Positions 10,664-20,775 are shown, numbered from the stretch's first letter. The stretch: DNA of 64,000 bases from an uncultured Bacteroidota bacterium (GCA_963700635.1 CAVOYH010000001.1:32001-96000), one strand, 5' to 3'. Notes: generated from the letters alone by a model not told the origin. Made by a program: numbers and translations.

Positions 10664-11088
10664 ATGAGAGTGCACGTGGTGTCTGTGCTGGCGGTATTCG
10701 TCTCTCCGGTGCTTCTGGGCATTGCCGTCGGGGAAGGTTCTCCGGGAAACAGGACGATACAAGTGCGGTGTCCTACACGAGCCACGTCGCACCGATCATA
10801 AAGAAGTATTGCCTGCCCTGTCATGCAGAAGAAAGTTCCAATTCGAGTGAGCTCTCGCTGGACACGTACGCGCTTCTGATGAAGGGGGGCGAACATGGGC
10901 GTGCGGTTGTTCCGGGGAAGCCGCAGGAGAGTGTGCTTCTTAAGAAGCTTGAGGAGGAGCCGCCGTTTGGAGACCGCATGCCATTACTCTCGCGCCGCCG
11001 CAAAAATGCGGGTGCGCCCAAAGAGCTGAAGCCGGAAGAACTACGCGTGTTGAAGGAGTGGATCGCTCAGGGAGCTAAAAACAACTAG
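10664..11088 (+). CDS. Planctomycete-type cytochrome c domain protein (PSCyt1); frameshift at ~10760
   Basis: Signal peptide at 10664; VSYTSHVAPIIKKYCLPCH, LSLDTY, VVPGKPQES, RMP and WIAQGA. Confidence 0.8.
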
Positions 11089-11111
11089 GGGATCCGTCGC
11101 GCGGGCATGGA

Positions 11112-11147
11112 GGGATTCCGGGGGGTGGAAGATATGGACGGAATCCC
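11112..11147. terminator. Stem-loop between convergent genes
   Basis: GGGATTCCG...CGGAATCCC inverted repeat with no U-tract. Confidence 0.35.
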
Positions 11148-11181
11148 GGGCGAGTCGGGGTATTGATGAGCGCGACGGTGT

Positions 11182-12738
11182 CTACTGGTACACCTTCAGA
11201 GTCGGCCAGACTTCACCAACGGACTGCCGCATGCCGCGGCAGACATAGATGGACAGACTGTCCTCATACGGCATGCAGTAAGAGCTGGAGACCATCCCGG
11301 CCACCTCCACGGTATCAAAAACTTCCTGGTTGTCCCGCAACGCACCCCCAAGGATGATGACGATTTCTCCCGTATAGTCACCCGGTCCCCAGAGCCAGTA
11401 ATTGTTGTGACGCCCGATGGATTTCGGGAGGCCGTAGTGCTTTCCGAAGAAATCGATGGCTCCGCAGCGGCCGTAGTTATCCGCAAAAACCGCACAGTGC
11501 GCCCGTTCGTCGGGGTTCAACCGGTGATACACCTCGGCCACAGCAGCTGCCTTTTCCGGCCAGCCAAACATGTCGGCGTAAAACTGCGGGAGTTTTGCCA
11601 GACGGTGGTTTTCTGCAGTATGTGGTTTGATGCCGAGAGTCTCAGCAAAGCGTACATACTGCTCCACCGGGAGAATCGGGAGAACAAGAGGGGCGAGGGC
11701 CAGGCCGGCGACCACTAACACCATCCCGTACAAGGGGCGGAGCCACCGGGCAAACCTCACAGCGGTCAACCTCTCGATCATCACCCCACCTGCGGCGGAA
11801 AGCGGAGGGAATGCCGCAGCAAGATACTCTCCTTTACTGTGTCCGTTCAGAACAAGAACACCCGCGACGACAAGAATCGCCACGCCCAGAAATCTGTACG
11901 AGGGAGTGGTCCGCGTGAAGAGCAAAAAGATCAGTCCGGACCCCCAGAGAGGGACCGCCACCGGATTGTGAAGGGTGAGTTGATCACTCAGAAATGAGAG
12001 GGGAGAGAGCCCTGCATACTTCCCGCTCACCGCGTTTCTGATGAATTCGAGGTGGGGAAGGTCATGGACGATATTCCACACCACGTACGGGAGGAAGCAG
12101 AGCATTGCCAGGCCGGCCGCGAGGTACGGCCAACGCGTACGGAGCCAATGGCGGTGCGTCGAGAACAGAATCCCCACGCCAAGTCCGGTGGCGAACCAGA
12201 GAATGCCAATCTTGTTGAGCGCCCCTACCCCGATCACCAGCCCCAGAAGGAGCCAGTACCGCGGATTCTGCGTACGCACGAGGAGGATGCTCGTGTATGC
12301 GGCCAGCGTCCAGAAGAGAACGTCGTAGGCGTTCATCGAGTAGATGGTACCGAAGGCGAGAAAAATCGGAGAAATCGCCGTACCGATGGCCGCAAGCATC
12401 TGTGCGGTCCGTCCGCCGTCAAGCAGACGGGCGATATGTCCGGCCAGAAACACGACAACAGCAAACAGAAGTCCGGGAACCAGCCGCAACGCAAAGAGTG
12501 AATCCCCGATGACGAATCGGATTATGGCCAGCGCCAGGATTGAAAACGGCGGATGATCGACGTAACCGGCGTCAGGATGGTCGGCACAGGCCAGGTAGTA
12601 CAGCTCATCGCGGAAGTATCCGTATCCGGCGAAAGCATTCGTCCAGAGGTGCAGGGCAAGGGTGCCCAGAGCGACATAAAGAATCAGAGCAGTGTCACTG
12701 GTCAGGGTTCTGCGAAGCGTGGCAGGAGTGGGCATCAA
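11182..12738 (-). CDS. Glycosyltransferase family 39 (PMT_2/ArnT-like) membrane protein
   Basis: YFRDELYYLACA, GYVDHPP, many TM helices, NYGRCGAID. Confidence 0.9.
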   Translation of the reverse strand: MMPTPATLRRTLTSDTALILYVALGTLALHLWTNAFAGYGYFRDELYYLACADHPDAGYVDHPPFSILALAIIRFVIGDSLFALRLVPGLLFAVVVFLAGHIARLLDGGRTAQMLAAIGTAISPIFLAFGTIYSMNAYDVLFWTLAAYTSILLVRTQNPRYWLLLGLVIGVGALNKIGILWFATGLGVGILFSTHRHWLRTRWPYLAAGLAMLCFLPYVVWNIVHDLPHLEFIRNAVSGKYAGLSPLSFLSDQLTLHNPVAVPLWGSGLIFLLFTRTTPSYRFLGVAILVVAGVLVLNGHSKGEYLAAAFPPLSAAGGVMIERLTAVRFARWLRPLYGMVLVVAGLALAPLVLPILPVEQYVRFAETLGIKPHTAENHRLAKLPQFYADMFGWPEKAAAVAEVYHRLNPDERAHCAVFADNYGRCGAIDFFGKHYGLPKSIGRHNNYWLWGPGDYTGEIVIILGGALRDNQEVFDTVEVAGMVSSSYCMPYEDSLSIYVCRGMRQSVGEVWPTLKVYQ

Positions 12739-12763
12739 GTCCTCAGCGTGGTATGCGGTGTAT

Positions 12764-12901
12764 TCCCCGGGACAACCTCTCTCCCTGTACGGGATTGCAG
12801 GCGAGAGGTTGCGGGATAGATGCCTTGCGCGCTGGCCTTTGCTTGGGCCTGAGGGAGCAGGAGTCCGGCAACGGACGGGTCCGTCCGGACTCTACTCCCT
12901 C
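12764..12901. other. Structured intergenic element (two long hairpins and one short hairpin)
   Basis: CAACCTCTC/GAGAGGTTG stem; GGCC/GGCC stem; GAGGGAG-GAGTCCGG-ACGGAC pairing with GTCCGT-CCGGACTC-CTCCCTC. Confidence 0.5.
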
Positions 12902-12935
12902 CCGGGTGTGTAGTAAAATCTGGTCTCCGGTTTCC

Positions 12936-14303
12936 TCAGACTGGCGGAACCGGGAATTGGGCAATCTGGGACAGGGCTGCCTTCACCTCATTGAGGTGCA
13001 GTTTGTGATTCTCCAGTTTTCCGGCGAAGTAGGCGTCATACGCCGACATGTCGAAATGTCCGTGTCCGCTCAGATTAAACAGAATCACGCGCCGTTGTCC
13101 TTCCTCTTTTGCGCGGAGTGCTTCGTCGATTGCTGCCTTGATAGCATGAGATGACTCAGGCGCGGGGATGATTCCTTCGGTGCGTGAGAACAGAACGGCC
13201 GCCTCAAACACCTCGTTTTGCATATAGGCGCGCGCCTCGATCAGATCGCTGAGCAGTAACCTGCTGAGAATAGGGGAGACACCATGATAACGTAATCCGC
13301 CCGCGTGAATAGACGGCGGAACAAACGTATGTCCCAGCGTGTGCATGGGCAGCAGGGGGGTCATCATGGCTGTATCCCCGAAGTCATACCGGAATTCCCC
13401 TTTGGTAAGGGTCGGACACGATGCCGGCTCGACTGCAATAGCCCGCACCTTCTTGCCCTTGAGGCGCTCCCGGATAAACGGAATTGCGATACCGCCGAAG
13501 TTTGACCCGCCCCCCACACATCCGATCACCATATCGGGAAAACGATCGATCTTCTCCATCTGCTTCATCGCCTCGGTGCCGATGATGGTCTGATGGAGGA
13601 GAACATGGTTGAGCACGCTGCCCAGGGAATAGTTGGTGTCGTCCCGTCCCGCGGCATCTTCCACTGCCTCGCTGATTGCCAGACCGAGACTCCCGGGAGA
13701 GTCCGGGTTTGCTGCGAGTGCTGCACGTCCGGCCTGTGTATCGGGACTCGGACTCGGCACCACTTCCCCTCCCCACGTATGGATCATCGACCGGCGGTAC
13801 GGTTTCTGTTCGTAGCTCACACGCACCATATAGACCTTACATTCCAGTCCGAACATCTGGCAGGCCAGACTCAGCGAGCTTCCCCATTGTCCCGCTCCTG
13901 TCTCTGTTGCCAGTCGTTTGATCCCCGCCTTCTTATTATAGTAGGCCTGTGGAATTGCGGTGTTCGGTTTGTGGCTTCCGGCCGGACTAACACCTTCATA
14001 CTTGAAGTATATCTCGGCCGGCGTATCCAGGTGTCGCTCCAGGTTCTTGGCGCGGACAAGCGGAGTGGGCCGGAACGTCCGGTAGATTTCCTGAACCTCT
14101 TCCGGAATATCGATGTAGCGATCACCGCTCATCTCCTGCTTGATCAGCTCCATCGGAAAGATTGCGGCCAGATCCTGCGGTGTAACGGGCTTCTGTGTTC
14201 CCGGATGGAGAGGCGGTGCCAGAGGGGTGGGAAGATCCGGCAGGATATTATAGTACGCTGTCGGCATTTCATGTTCATCGAGAAAGATTTGGCGCGGTGT
14301 CAT
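12936..14303 (-). CDS. trpB2: TrpB-like PLP enzyme (tryptophan synthase beta chain, TrpB2 type)
   Basis: [17 protein letters not shown] (PLP Lys), [30 protein letters not shown] and NLSGHGHFD; no adjacent trpA. Confidence 0.95.
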   Translation of the reverse strand: MTPRQIFLDEHEMPTAYYNILPDLPTPLAPPLHPGTQKPVTPQDLAAIFPMELIKQEMSGDRYIDIPEEVQEIYRTFRPTPLVRAKNLERHLDTPAEIYFKYEGVSPAGSHKPNTAIPQAYYNKKAGIKRLATETGAGQWGSSLSLACQMFGLECKVYMVRVSYEQKPYRRSMIHTWGGEVVPSPSPDTQAGRAALAANPDSPGSLGLAISEAVEDAAGRDDTNYSLGSVLNHVLLHQTIIGTEAMKQMEKIDRFPDMVIGCVGGGSNFGGIAIPFIRERLKGKKVRAIAVEPASCPTLTKGEFRYDFGDTAMMTPLLPMHTLGHTFVPPSIHAGGLRYHGVSPILSRLLLSDLIEARAYMQNEVFEAAVLFSRTEGIIPAPESSHAIKAAIDEALRAKEEGQRRVILFNLSGHGHFDMSAYDAYFAGKLENHKLHLNEVKAALSQIAQFPVPPV

Positions 14304-14383
14304 GACACGTTCTCCGGTGAATGGTGGAAGGGATGGGCCCATAGAATGCGAAACCGCGGGGAGATGTGCCCACGGTTCAAGAC

Positions 14384-14425
14384 AAAAAAAAGTGGGAACA
14401 CTCCACACAGGGTGTTCCCACTTTT
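14384..14425 (-). terminator. Attenuator terminator upstream of trpB2
   Basis: AAAAGTGGGAACAC-10 nt loop-GTGTTCCCACT followed by a T-run on the minus strand. Confidence 0.9.
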
Positions 14426-14445
14426 GAGCCACTATATGTGATAAC

Positions 14446-14523
14446 TCAAGCCAGTGGGAACACCGAAACGCGGCGCCACCACCAGGACATACCTTTTGTA
14501 TTATTTAGAGCTATGTGTGACAT
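14446..14523 (-). CDS. trpL: Trp attenuator leader peptide [25 protein letters not shown] (25 aa)
   Basis: Three tandem TGG codons; the downstream leader segment GGTGTTCCCACT is complementary to the terminator 5' arm AGTGGGAACACC, forming an antiterminator. Confidence 0.85.
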   Translation of the reverse strand: MSHIALNNTKGMSWWWRRVSVFPLA

Positions 14524-14534
14524 AGGAATACATT

Positions 14535-14563
14535 ATGATAGCAAAGGTTGGAGAGTTTGTCAA
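14535..14563 (-). promoter_or_regulatory. Sigma70-type promoter of trpL-trpB2
   Basis: TTGACA-N17-TATCAT with an extended -10 TG. Confidence 0.7.
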
Positions 14564-14619
14564 GTAATACTTTTCCTTCGTTTCTCCTGCGCCGCTTCCC
14601 CGGACGGATGTCCGGCCAC

Positions 14620-14648
14620 TTGCACCTCCCCACGTAGACCCGTATATT
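14620..14648 (+). promoter_or_regulatory. Sigma70-type promoter of the transglutaminase gene
   Basis: TTGCAC-N17-TATATT. Confidence 0.55.
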
Positions 14649-14676
14649 TTTATGCCCAATAACAGAGGATCCTCTC

Positions 14677-16152
14677 ATGTCATCCCGACGTTTTCTCCCC
14701 GGTGCGTGCTTCGCTGTCGTCTTGTTCCTCCTTCTGATTCCTGTTTCCGCGGAAACCACAGAGCCGCCTGAAGGCGGGGATATCCAGGCGTTGATCCAGA
14801 CAGGTGAATTCCGGAAGGCTGATCGCGCCATTCTGGAGAAGCTTATGATTGATTCGACGCTGTCCGCCACGGATCGCCTCCGCCTTGAATTCGAACGGGA
14901 ACGGATGACCCGCATCCGGTTGGATTTTACGAAGACGGAAGCTGACGTCCGCGCAGAAGTGGGGAAGTGGATTCCGGATGCGGGGGACGCGGATTACCGG
15001 CAGTGGGAAAAAAGTGGCGCACTCGAGATGATGGTGATTGACGGAGAAAACCGGTATTTCAATTCTGCCGCGCGGAATCTTTTCCGGATCGACTCCGCCG
15101 CACGACAAATCTGGCAGGCCGGACACCGTGATGCGCCGCCCGCAACAGGTCTGGCGTCCGAAGACGGCCTGAACCGCCACATTATCGATGTGATGGCGGA
15201 CGCAGTGAAATCAGGAACCCCGTTTGTAAGACCCGTTCGCCTGCGCATCACCCACCGGATTTCCGTTGATGCCGACGCAGTGCCTGCCGGTGAAATTGTC
15301 CGCTGCTGGTTACCGTTCCCGCGCGAGATCAACGCGCGCCAGGAAGCCATCCGCGTTCTTTCCAGTGAGCCACGCGATTATCTGATCGCCGACAATGAAC
15401 GATACCTGCAACGGACCGTGTATTGTGAACGGGAGGCGGTGACCGCACAGAAGACAGAGTTCCTCATACAGTATGAGTACACTTCATATGGCGCGTACAC
15501 AGCCGTGGATACCTCACGGGTAAAACCCTCCATAGCCAGCCCCGAACTCGAGCCGTTTCTCCGGGAAGAGCCGCCCCATATCAGATTTACCCCTGCGTTG
15601 CGGGCGCTTTCAGCGCAGGTCTTGGGACAGGAACAAAACCCCCTGAAGATTGCGCGCCTGTTGTATGCCTGGGTGGACACACATGTGCCCTGGGCCTCGG
15701 CCCGGGAATATTCAACTGTTCCATCACTCAGCGAATACGCGTTCACCAGCCGCCATGGCGATTGCGGCATGCAGACAATGTTGTATATCACGCTCCTGCG
15801 AATGAATGGGATCCCCGCGCGGTGGCAGTCGGGATGGGAGTTCCGCCCCCCGGGCGACAGCATGCACGATTGGGGGATGATCTACTTCGAACCGTATGGG
15901 TGGGTGCCGATGGATGTGACCTATGGTGTCCGGAGTGCGGAGGATGATGCGATGAAGTTTTTCTATGTTAATGGCATGGACAGTTACCGCTTAATTTTTA
16001 ATGATGCGGCAGGAACGCAGTTCTATCCCGCAAAAATTTTCCCCCGGTCGGAGACCGTGGATTCTCAACGCGGGGAAGTGGAATGGCGCGGAGGAAACCT
16101 TTATTTTGACAAATGGGACTGGGACCTGGAGTGGAGCGTCGTGGGGGAGTGA
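14677..16152 (+). CDS. Exported transglutaminase-like domain protein
   Basis: Signal peptide; Cys-His-Asp triad in GDCGMQ, MHDW and WVPMDVT; GIPARWQSG. Confidence 0.88.
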   Translation: MSSRRFLPGACFAVVLFLLLIPVSAETTEPPEGGDIQALIQTGEFRKADRAILEKLMIDSTLSATDRLRLEFERERMTRIRLDFTKTEADVRAEVGKWIPDAGDADYRQWEKSGALEMMVIDGENRYFNSAARNLFRIDSAARQIWQAGHRDAPPATGLASEDGLNRHIIDVMADAVKSGTPFVRPVRLRITHRISVDADAVPAGEIVRCWLPFPREINARQEAIRVLSSEPRDYLIADNERYLQRTVYCEREAVTAQKTEFLIQYEYTSYGAYTAVDTSRVKPSIASPELEPFLREEPPHIRFTPALRALSAQVLGQEQNPLKIARLLYAWVDTHVPWASAREYSTVPSLSEYAFTSRHGDCGMQTMLYITLLRMNGIPARWQSGWEFRPPGDSMHDWGMIYFEPYGWVPMDVTYGVRSAEDDAMKFFYVNGMDSYRLIFNDAAGTQFYPAKIFPRSETVDSQRGEVEWRGGNLYFDKWDWDLEWSVVGE

Positions 16153-16158
16153 GGAACG

Positions 16159-17727
16159 TTAACCGTACGGACCCGCCGGTTCAGTGACCGTCACCGTGCC
16201 GCCCCTCTTCTGATTCGCCGGTGTGACGTAGATGCCCGCTTTGCCCGGAAGCGGGCATTTTGTTTCGCATATGCCACAGCCGATGCACAGCTCTTTAATC
16301 ACGTACGGGTACTTCACCCGCTTTTTCGAGCCATCGCGCAGAACGACATCCCGGACCTCAAACTTGATGGCCTTGTCCGGCGTGGGACAATGCTCTTCAC
16401 ACACGATACAATCGGTATTCTGGGCAAACGGGATACAGATATTTTTTTCGAAGTACGCCAGCCCGATGGGTGTCTGTTGCTTCTGTGCCAGCGTCAATGG
16501 CAGGATGGCATCAGTCGGGCATACTTCCCCGCACAGATTGCAGTTGTACTCGCAGTACCCCTCCCGCATCACCGCCACAGGCAGCCAGAGTTCTTCGAAA
16601 TGTGTATGGATATGATCGGGTTGCAGACATCCCCCGTTGGATTTGCAGATGCGCACACACTCCAGGCACCGGATACATTTATCGGCAAATTCATCCTCGG
16701 GCAATGCGCCGGGGGGGCGCACCTGGTAGTTCCTGGCATCCCTGCTGGTCAATCCGAGATTCAGCAGGCCAAGTGCCGCCACACTTGCGACCGACGTCTG
16801 CATCAGCTGTCGCCGCGAATAGTCCACAGGGGTGTGATACGGTTTCCACCGCCAGCGATATGTGATGGCTTTTATTTTTGGCGGACACACCGACCCGCAA
16901 TTAAAACAATCGATACACTCGACTTTACTCGTGTGGTGCACGTCGCCACCCGGGATGGCGTTCATTTTGCATTCGGTCTGACATTTGTTGCACACCGGAC
17001 AGGCTTCACCCACAAGCCGTTCAAACAGGCGGAACTGCGAAAGAAACCCAAGCCAGGCTCCGGCGGGACAGATATTCCGGCACCAGAACCGGCGTGACAC
17101 TTTTTCAAGACCCAGAATGACGCCGAGCAACAGGGTAATCCAGAAGAGTTCCTGATGGTAGGCCTGCGTTTCCGGCATGATATAGGCTTTGAAGGGGTCG
17201 TGCAGAAAATACGCCGCATCTTCCAGGAAAGGGACACGTGCCGCCGCAAGGAGAGTGGAGTCGGCAACAAGAGTGGCGAAAGGGTACAGGACGACTGTCA
17301 GAGCCCGGTTGAAAATTGACAGCGGATCAAGGTATCCCCAGACATGAACTGAAAAAAAGGCCAGGATGACAGTTCCGGTGAGGATGGCGAACTTCAGGTA
17401 CCGCAACTTCTCCCATCGTTCTGATGTGCGGTTGGATGGGGAACCCATCATCGTGCTAGCCGCGTCGATCGTCGTTCCCAGCGGGCATATCCATCCGCAG
17501 AAGAACCGTCCCAGGAAAGGCGTCAGGACAAGAATGATCAGCGCAGGCCAGAATATCCAGGAGAAGTGAAGGTGCTGGATAAAATCAAACAGTGGTAGAA
17601 GCGGGCTGAACCGGAGGAAGATGTCCGCCTCAATCTGACCGGTATACGGATAGCGGGCAATCAGAAAGAGGTACAGGAAAAACAGGAGGAAGAGAATCTG
17701 AACGACCCTGCGAATCTTCGCGATCAT
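16159..17727 (-). CDS. Membrane polyferredoxin (NapH-like TM domain plus NapG/MauM-like multi-4Fe-4S domain)
   Basis: GRFFCGWICPLG, RFWCRNICP, RPPGA and multiple CxxCxxCxxxCP motifs. Confidence 0.9.
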   Translation of the reverse strand: MIAKIRRVVQILFLLFFLYLFLIARYPYTGQIEADIFLRFSPLLPLFDFIQHLHFSWIFWPALIILVLTPFLGRFFCGWICPLGTTIDAASTMMGSPSNRTSERWEKLRYLKFAILTGTVILAFFSVHVWGYLDPLSIFNRALTVVLYPFATLVADSTLLAAARVPFLEDAAYFLHDPFKAYIMPETQAYHQELFWITLLLGVILGLEKVSRRFWCRNICPAGAWLGFLSQFRLFERLVGEACPVCNKCQTECKMNAIPGGDVHHTSKVECIDCFNCGSVCPPKIKAITYRWRWKPYHTPVDYSRRQLMQTSVASVAALGLLNLGLTSRDARNYQVRPPGALPEDEFADKCIRCLECVRICKSNGGCLQPDHIHTHFEELWLPVAVMREGYCEYNCNLCGEVCPTDAILPLTLAQKQQTPIGLAYFEKNICIPFAQNTDCIVCEEHCPTPDKAIKFEVRDVVLRDGSKKRVKYPYVIKELCIGCGICETKCPLPGKAGIYVTPANQKRGGTVTVTEPAGPYG

Positions 17728-18623
17728 GCCAACCGCACCTTTTTCACATTCAGGGAACGGATGTCATATTTCGGAAGTCCACGCTTTACGGCTTCCTGCA
17801 CAAGATCAACATCCTCGGGCTTGAGATCAAAGAGACGGAGTGCGGTGTGGTCCGCGCTTACCACACATGGACTCATGATCAACGACCGGGGTGTTTTGAC
17901 GTGTGCGAGGTTACCGCCCACGGGGCCGTTGGCGGTCAGGATACGGTAGGCGTCGATAATGGTGAGCGTGGGCAGGATCGTCCGGTCGATATCCACAATC
18001 TTCTGTGCGAAAGAACTGTGGAGGTCTCCCCGGTTTCCGCCCATCACACCCATAAGGTTCTTGAGTCCGAGCGTCACACGGCCGAGACTGTGGTGCTTTG
18101 CGATGGGCACATTGATGGTCTTGTCCGCCTCAAGGTAGTCTCTGTACAGAGGCCATTCCTTGATGATCTCGCCGTTCACGCTTCTGGTAATGAACCTTGT
18201 CTCGCGGATGTGGGAGACATCCGCACCTGCCTCGCGGGCGCGGGCTTCGATCTGGGAATTGGTGTAACACCGCAGCGGATTGTTGCAGGTGCGGTCAAAC
18301 ACCTTTACTGCTTTCGCACCGGCCTTAAAACACTCCCTCGTAATGGCGGCGACCAGATCGGGATTGGTATTCGCCGCGTATTGCGGGGCGCGGTCCCATC
18401 CCATGTTGGGTTTCACCACCACCACATCGCCCCGGGAGATAAACTGTTGGAGCCCGCCGAACTCTTTCAGGGCGGCCGCCAGAAGCTGGTCGGGTTCTCC
18501 ATTCTCCACCCAGACCACGTGTGGATGTGCGGGACCTGCAAACAGTGAATCCAGAGATGTCGAAAAGACCGCGGTCCCAAGCACCCCCGTACCTGCTGTG
18601 CGTAAAAAATCCCTTCGGTCCAT
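17724..18623 (-). CDS. DUF362 protein with Tat signal
   Basis: MDRRDFL; VVVKPN, ANTNP, INVPIAKHH, TLGLKNLMG. Confidence 0.88.
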   Translation of the reverse strand: MDRRDFLRTAGTGVLGTAVFSTSLDSLFAGPAHPHVVWVENGEPDQLLAAALKEFGGLQQFISRGDVVVVKPNMGWDRAPQYAANTNPDLVAAITRECFKAGAKAVKVFDRTCNNPLRCYTNSQIEARAREAGADVSHIRETRFITRSVNGEIIKEWPLYRDYLEADKTINVPIAKHHSLGRVTLGLKNLMGVMGGNRGDLHSSFAQKIVDIDRTILPTLTIIDAYRILTANGPVGGNLAHVKTPRSLIMSPCVVSADHTALRLFDLKPEDVDLVQEAVKRGLPKYDIRSLNVKKVRLA

Positions 18624-18742
18624 ATTCACTCTCCTCCCGGTCGATCAACATATGCACCACCACTCATTGAGTATAGGGATTTTATTCCTTAAAATAAACC
18701 ATTGCGTCTGTGGTTCACCTGAACGGGATTGGAGGAGCGTTT

Positions 18743-19924
18743 ATGAAAGCATCGTTCATAGGAGAATACGTCAACCGGCGTGAATTCTGTCGCACCGCTG
18801 TCGCCGGTGTGGCGTTGTCCGTCTTTGGTCTCGCAGAGTCCGGCCGGGCCCAACAGATACCGCAGGTCCAGAATAAACCATCGACCAACGGCGCGGATGC
18901 CCTTGCCTATCCACGGACTGGTGCGTCGCTGCCCGGCAGATATCCCTCCCGGGTGGCGCGGGTGGTTCATGACCACGCCGTCGCCAACAATGCACCCGAT
19001 CCCGCGGTGGTCGATACGATGGTGGCCCGGGCACTGCTCGGACTCACCGGCGCATCCAGCATCGATTCCGCATGGCGGGAGTTCGTCACTCCCGAAGATA
19101 TTATCGGACTCAAGGTGAATCCGGTCGCGGGGAAATTGCTCTCCACAAGTCCGGAAATCGTCAATGTGATCATCCAGCAGCTTCAACATTCCGGAATACC
19201 GCGTGACCACATCCTGATCTGGGATCGACGCGAGTTTGAACTTGGCGAGGCGGGCTTCACACAGGAGCGGTTCCCCGGAATCCGGATCGTGGGAACTGAA
19301 CGGAAAGATGCGGCAGGCTCATTTACCGATGCGGAAGGAACGTTGTACAGCGAGTTCATGATCGACCGCCGGTGGTTCTACTGGGCCGATGTCGAGGAGC
19401 ATTACGATGCGGAAACTCTGCCGTACATGGTAAACGAAGGGAAACATTCCTATTTTACCCGTATTGTCACACAGGACGTCACAAAAATCATCAATATCCC
19501 AATCCTGAAGAACGCGGGTGCCTCGGTGACCCTCTGCTTGAAGAACCTCGCCTATGGCGCAATTACCAATACGGGCCGCCTCCACAAACAACTCTGGGCA
19601 GAAACGTGCGCAGAAGTGCCGGCGTTTCCACCTCTCCGCGACAAAGTTGTGCTAAACATCGTTGACGGGATCCGGGGATGTTACAACGGCGGCCCGGGTG
19701 CGAATCCGGAATTTTTTACCAACTACAATACGATCCTTGCCGGAACCGATCCGGTTGCCGTGGACCGGGTGGGATATGAAATCGTGCTCAAGAAACGTCT
19801 TGAGGAAAAGATTCAAAAAGAAGAGTCACCCCGGGGACGGGCTTTTCTCACCCTGGCCGAGCAAATGGGTCTTGGCACAGCGGACCTGAACGCCATTACG
19901 GTGGATCACGCCCAGCTCTTATGA
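18743..19924 (+). CDS. DUF362 protein with Tat signal
   Basis: NRREFC; IGLKVNP, IINIPILKN, TLCLKNL, DPVAVD. Confidence 0.85.
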   Translation: MKASFIGEYVNRREFCRTAVAGVALSVFGLAESGRAQQIPQVQNKPSTNGADALAYPRTGASLPGRYPSRVARVVHDHAVANNAPDPAVVDTMVARALLGLTGASSIDSAWREFVTPEDIIGLKVNPVAGKLLSTSPEIVNVIIQQLQHSGIPRDHILIWDRREFELGEAGFTQERFPGIRIVGTERKDAAGSFTDAEGTLYSEFMIDRRWFYWADVEEHYDAETLPYMVNEGKHSYFTRIVTQDVTKIINIPILKNAGASVTLCLKNLAYGAITNTGRLHKQLWAETCAEVPAFPPLRDKVVLNIVDGIRGCYNGGPGANPEFFTNYNTILAGTDPVAVDRVGYEIVLKKRLEEKIQKEESPRGRAFLTLAEQMGLGTADLNAITVDHAQLL

Positions 19925-20775
19925 TACTACTCGCTGCGTATATCCTCCTGACTGCTCCCGGACAGGAGCCTGCCGCCTCCGGACTGGTAGACGGAGATTG
20001 TTCAGGGTGCGTCATCACCCGGACCGAACAGTTTGAGGGGGCCGCTCTGGCGGGGCACATCAACGGTGGGGCCGAACTGTACAAAGAATACGGATTTGTA
20101 TCGCTGACGGCCCAGGAGGTCCGGCTTTCCTCGGGGGAAGACCTTATTGTGGAATCATACCGGATGAGATCGCCGGATGCGGCATACGGAATGTTCTCCA
20201 TTTCCCGGCATGCGTGCGGGGAGGGGGATACAACATTCATGTATTCCTGTGCCGGTCCATACCAGATTCAATGTGCGGCGGGCGAGTGGTATTTGCGTAT
20301 CATGAATGGGAGCGGGTCAGCGGCCGCCCGGGAGCACAGCACAACGTTGCTCCGTGCCCTCGTGGCACGCACGGGTCAGGTACGATTGCCCGTGCCCCCG
20401 CTCTTCGCAACGCCGGCAACAGCGGACGTGCAGGACGGAATTCTGCTGATCACGGGACCCCTCGGCATCCAGAACGGCATGCCTGATTGGGAAGATCTTC
20501 TCGACGGCATTTCGGAGTTCACGCTCCGTGCCGTGCGCCTCAAAGACGAGGGGGGAGTACTTGCAGAACTGCAGCTTTCCGGTGAACAGGAGGCGGTGCT
20601 GGTTGCAGAGCGCCTTGGCGTGGGGATTGCGGTGGGGTCAATGCAGGAAACGCCGGGCACACGTAAACGGTTTGTACTGTGGGCATCGCCCCTCCGGGTG
20701 AGGATACTCGAAACAACGGCACGTTCACCCGTTATTGATCCTTTGCTCCAGGCCCTCTCTTCGGCGGAATACTGA
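19921..20775 (+). CDS. Exported protein, DUF6599-like
   Basis: LAGHINGGAELYKEYGF and YRMRSPDAAYGMFS; ATGA overlap with the DUF362 gene. Confidence 0.65.
   Translation: MILLAAYILLTAPGQEPAASGLVDGDCSGCVITRTEQFEGAALAGHINGGAELYKEYGFVSLTAQEVRLSSGEDLIVESYRMRSPDAAYGMFSISRHACGEGDTTFMYSCAGPYQIQCAAGEWYLRIMNGSGSAAAREHSTTLLRALVARTGQVRLPVPPLFATPATADVQDGILLITGPLGIQNGMPDWEDLLDGISEFTLRAVRLKDEGGVLAELQLSGEQEAVLVAERLGVGIAVGSMQETPGTRKRFVLWASPLRVRILETTARSPVIDPLLQALSSAEY

Noticed and set aside
14303-14432. N-terminal extension of TrpB2 given in the ORF track (and similar extensions at 30998, 39427, 45758, 46870 and 52225)
   Set aside because: The extensions run through attenuator or promoter DNA or into upstream genes; downstream starts fit signal peptides, RBSs and gene overlaps better
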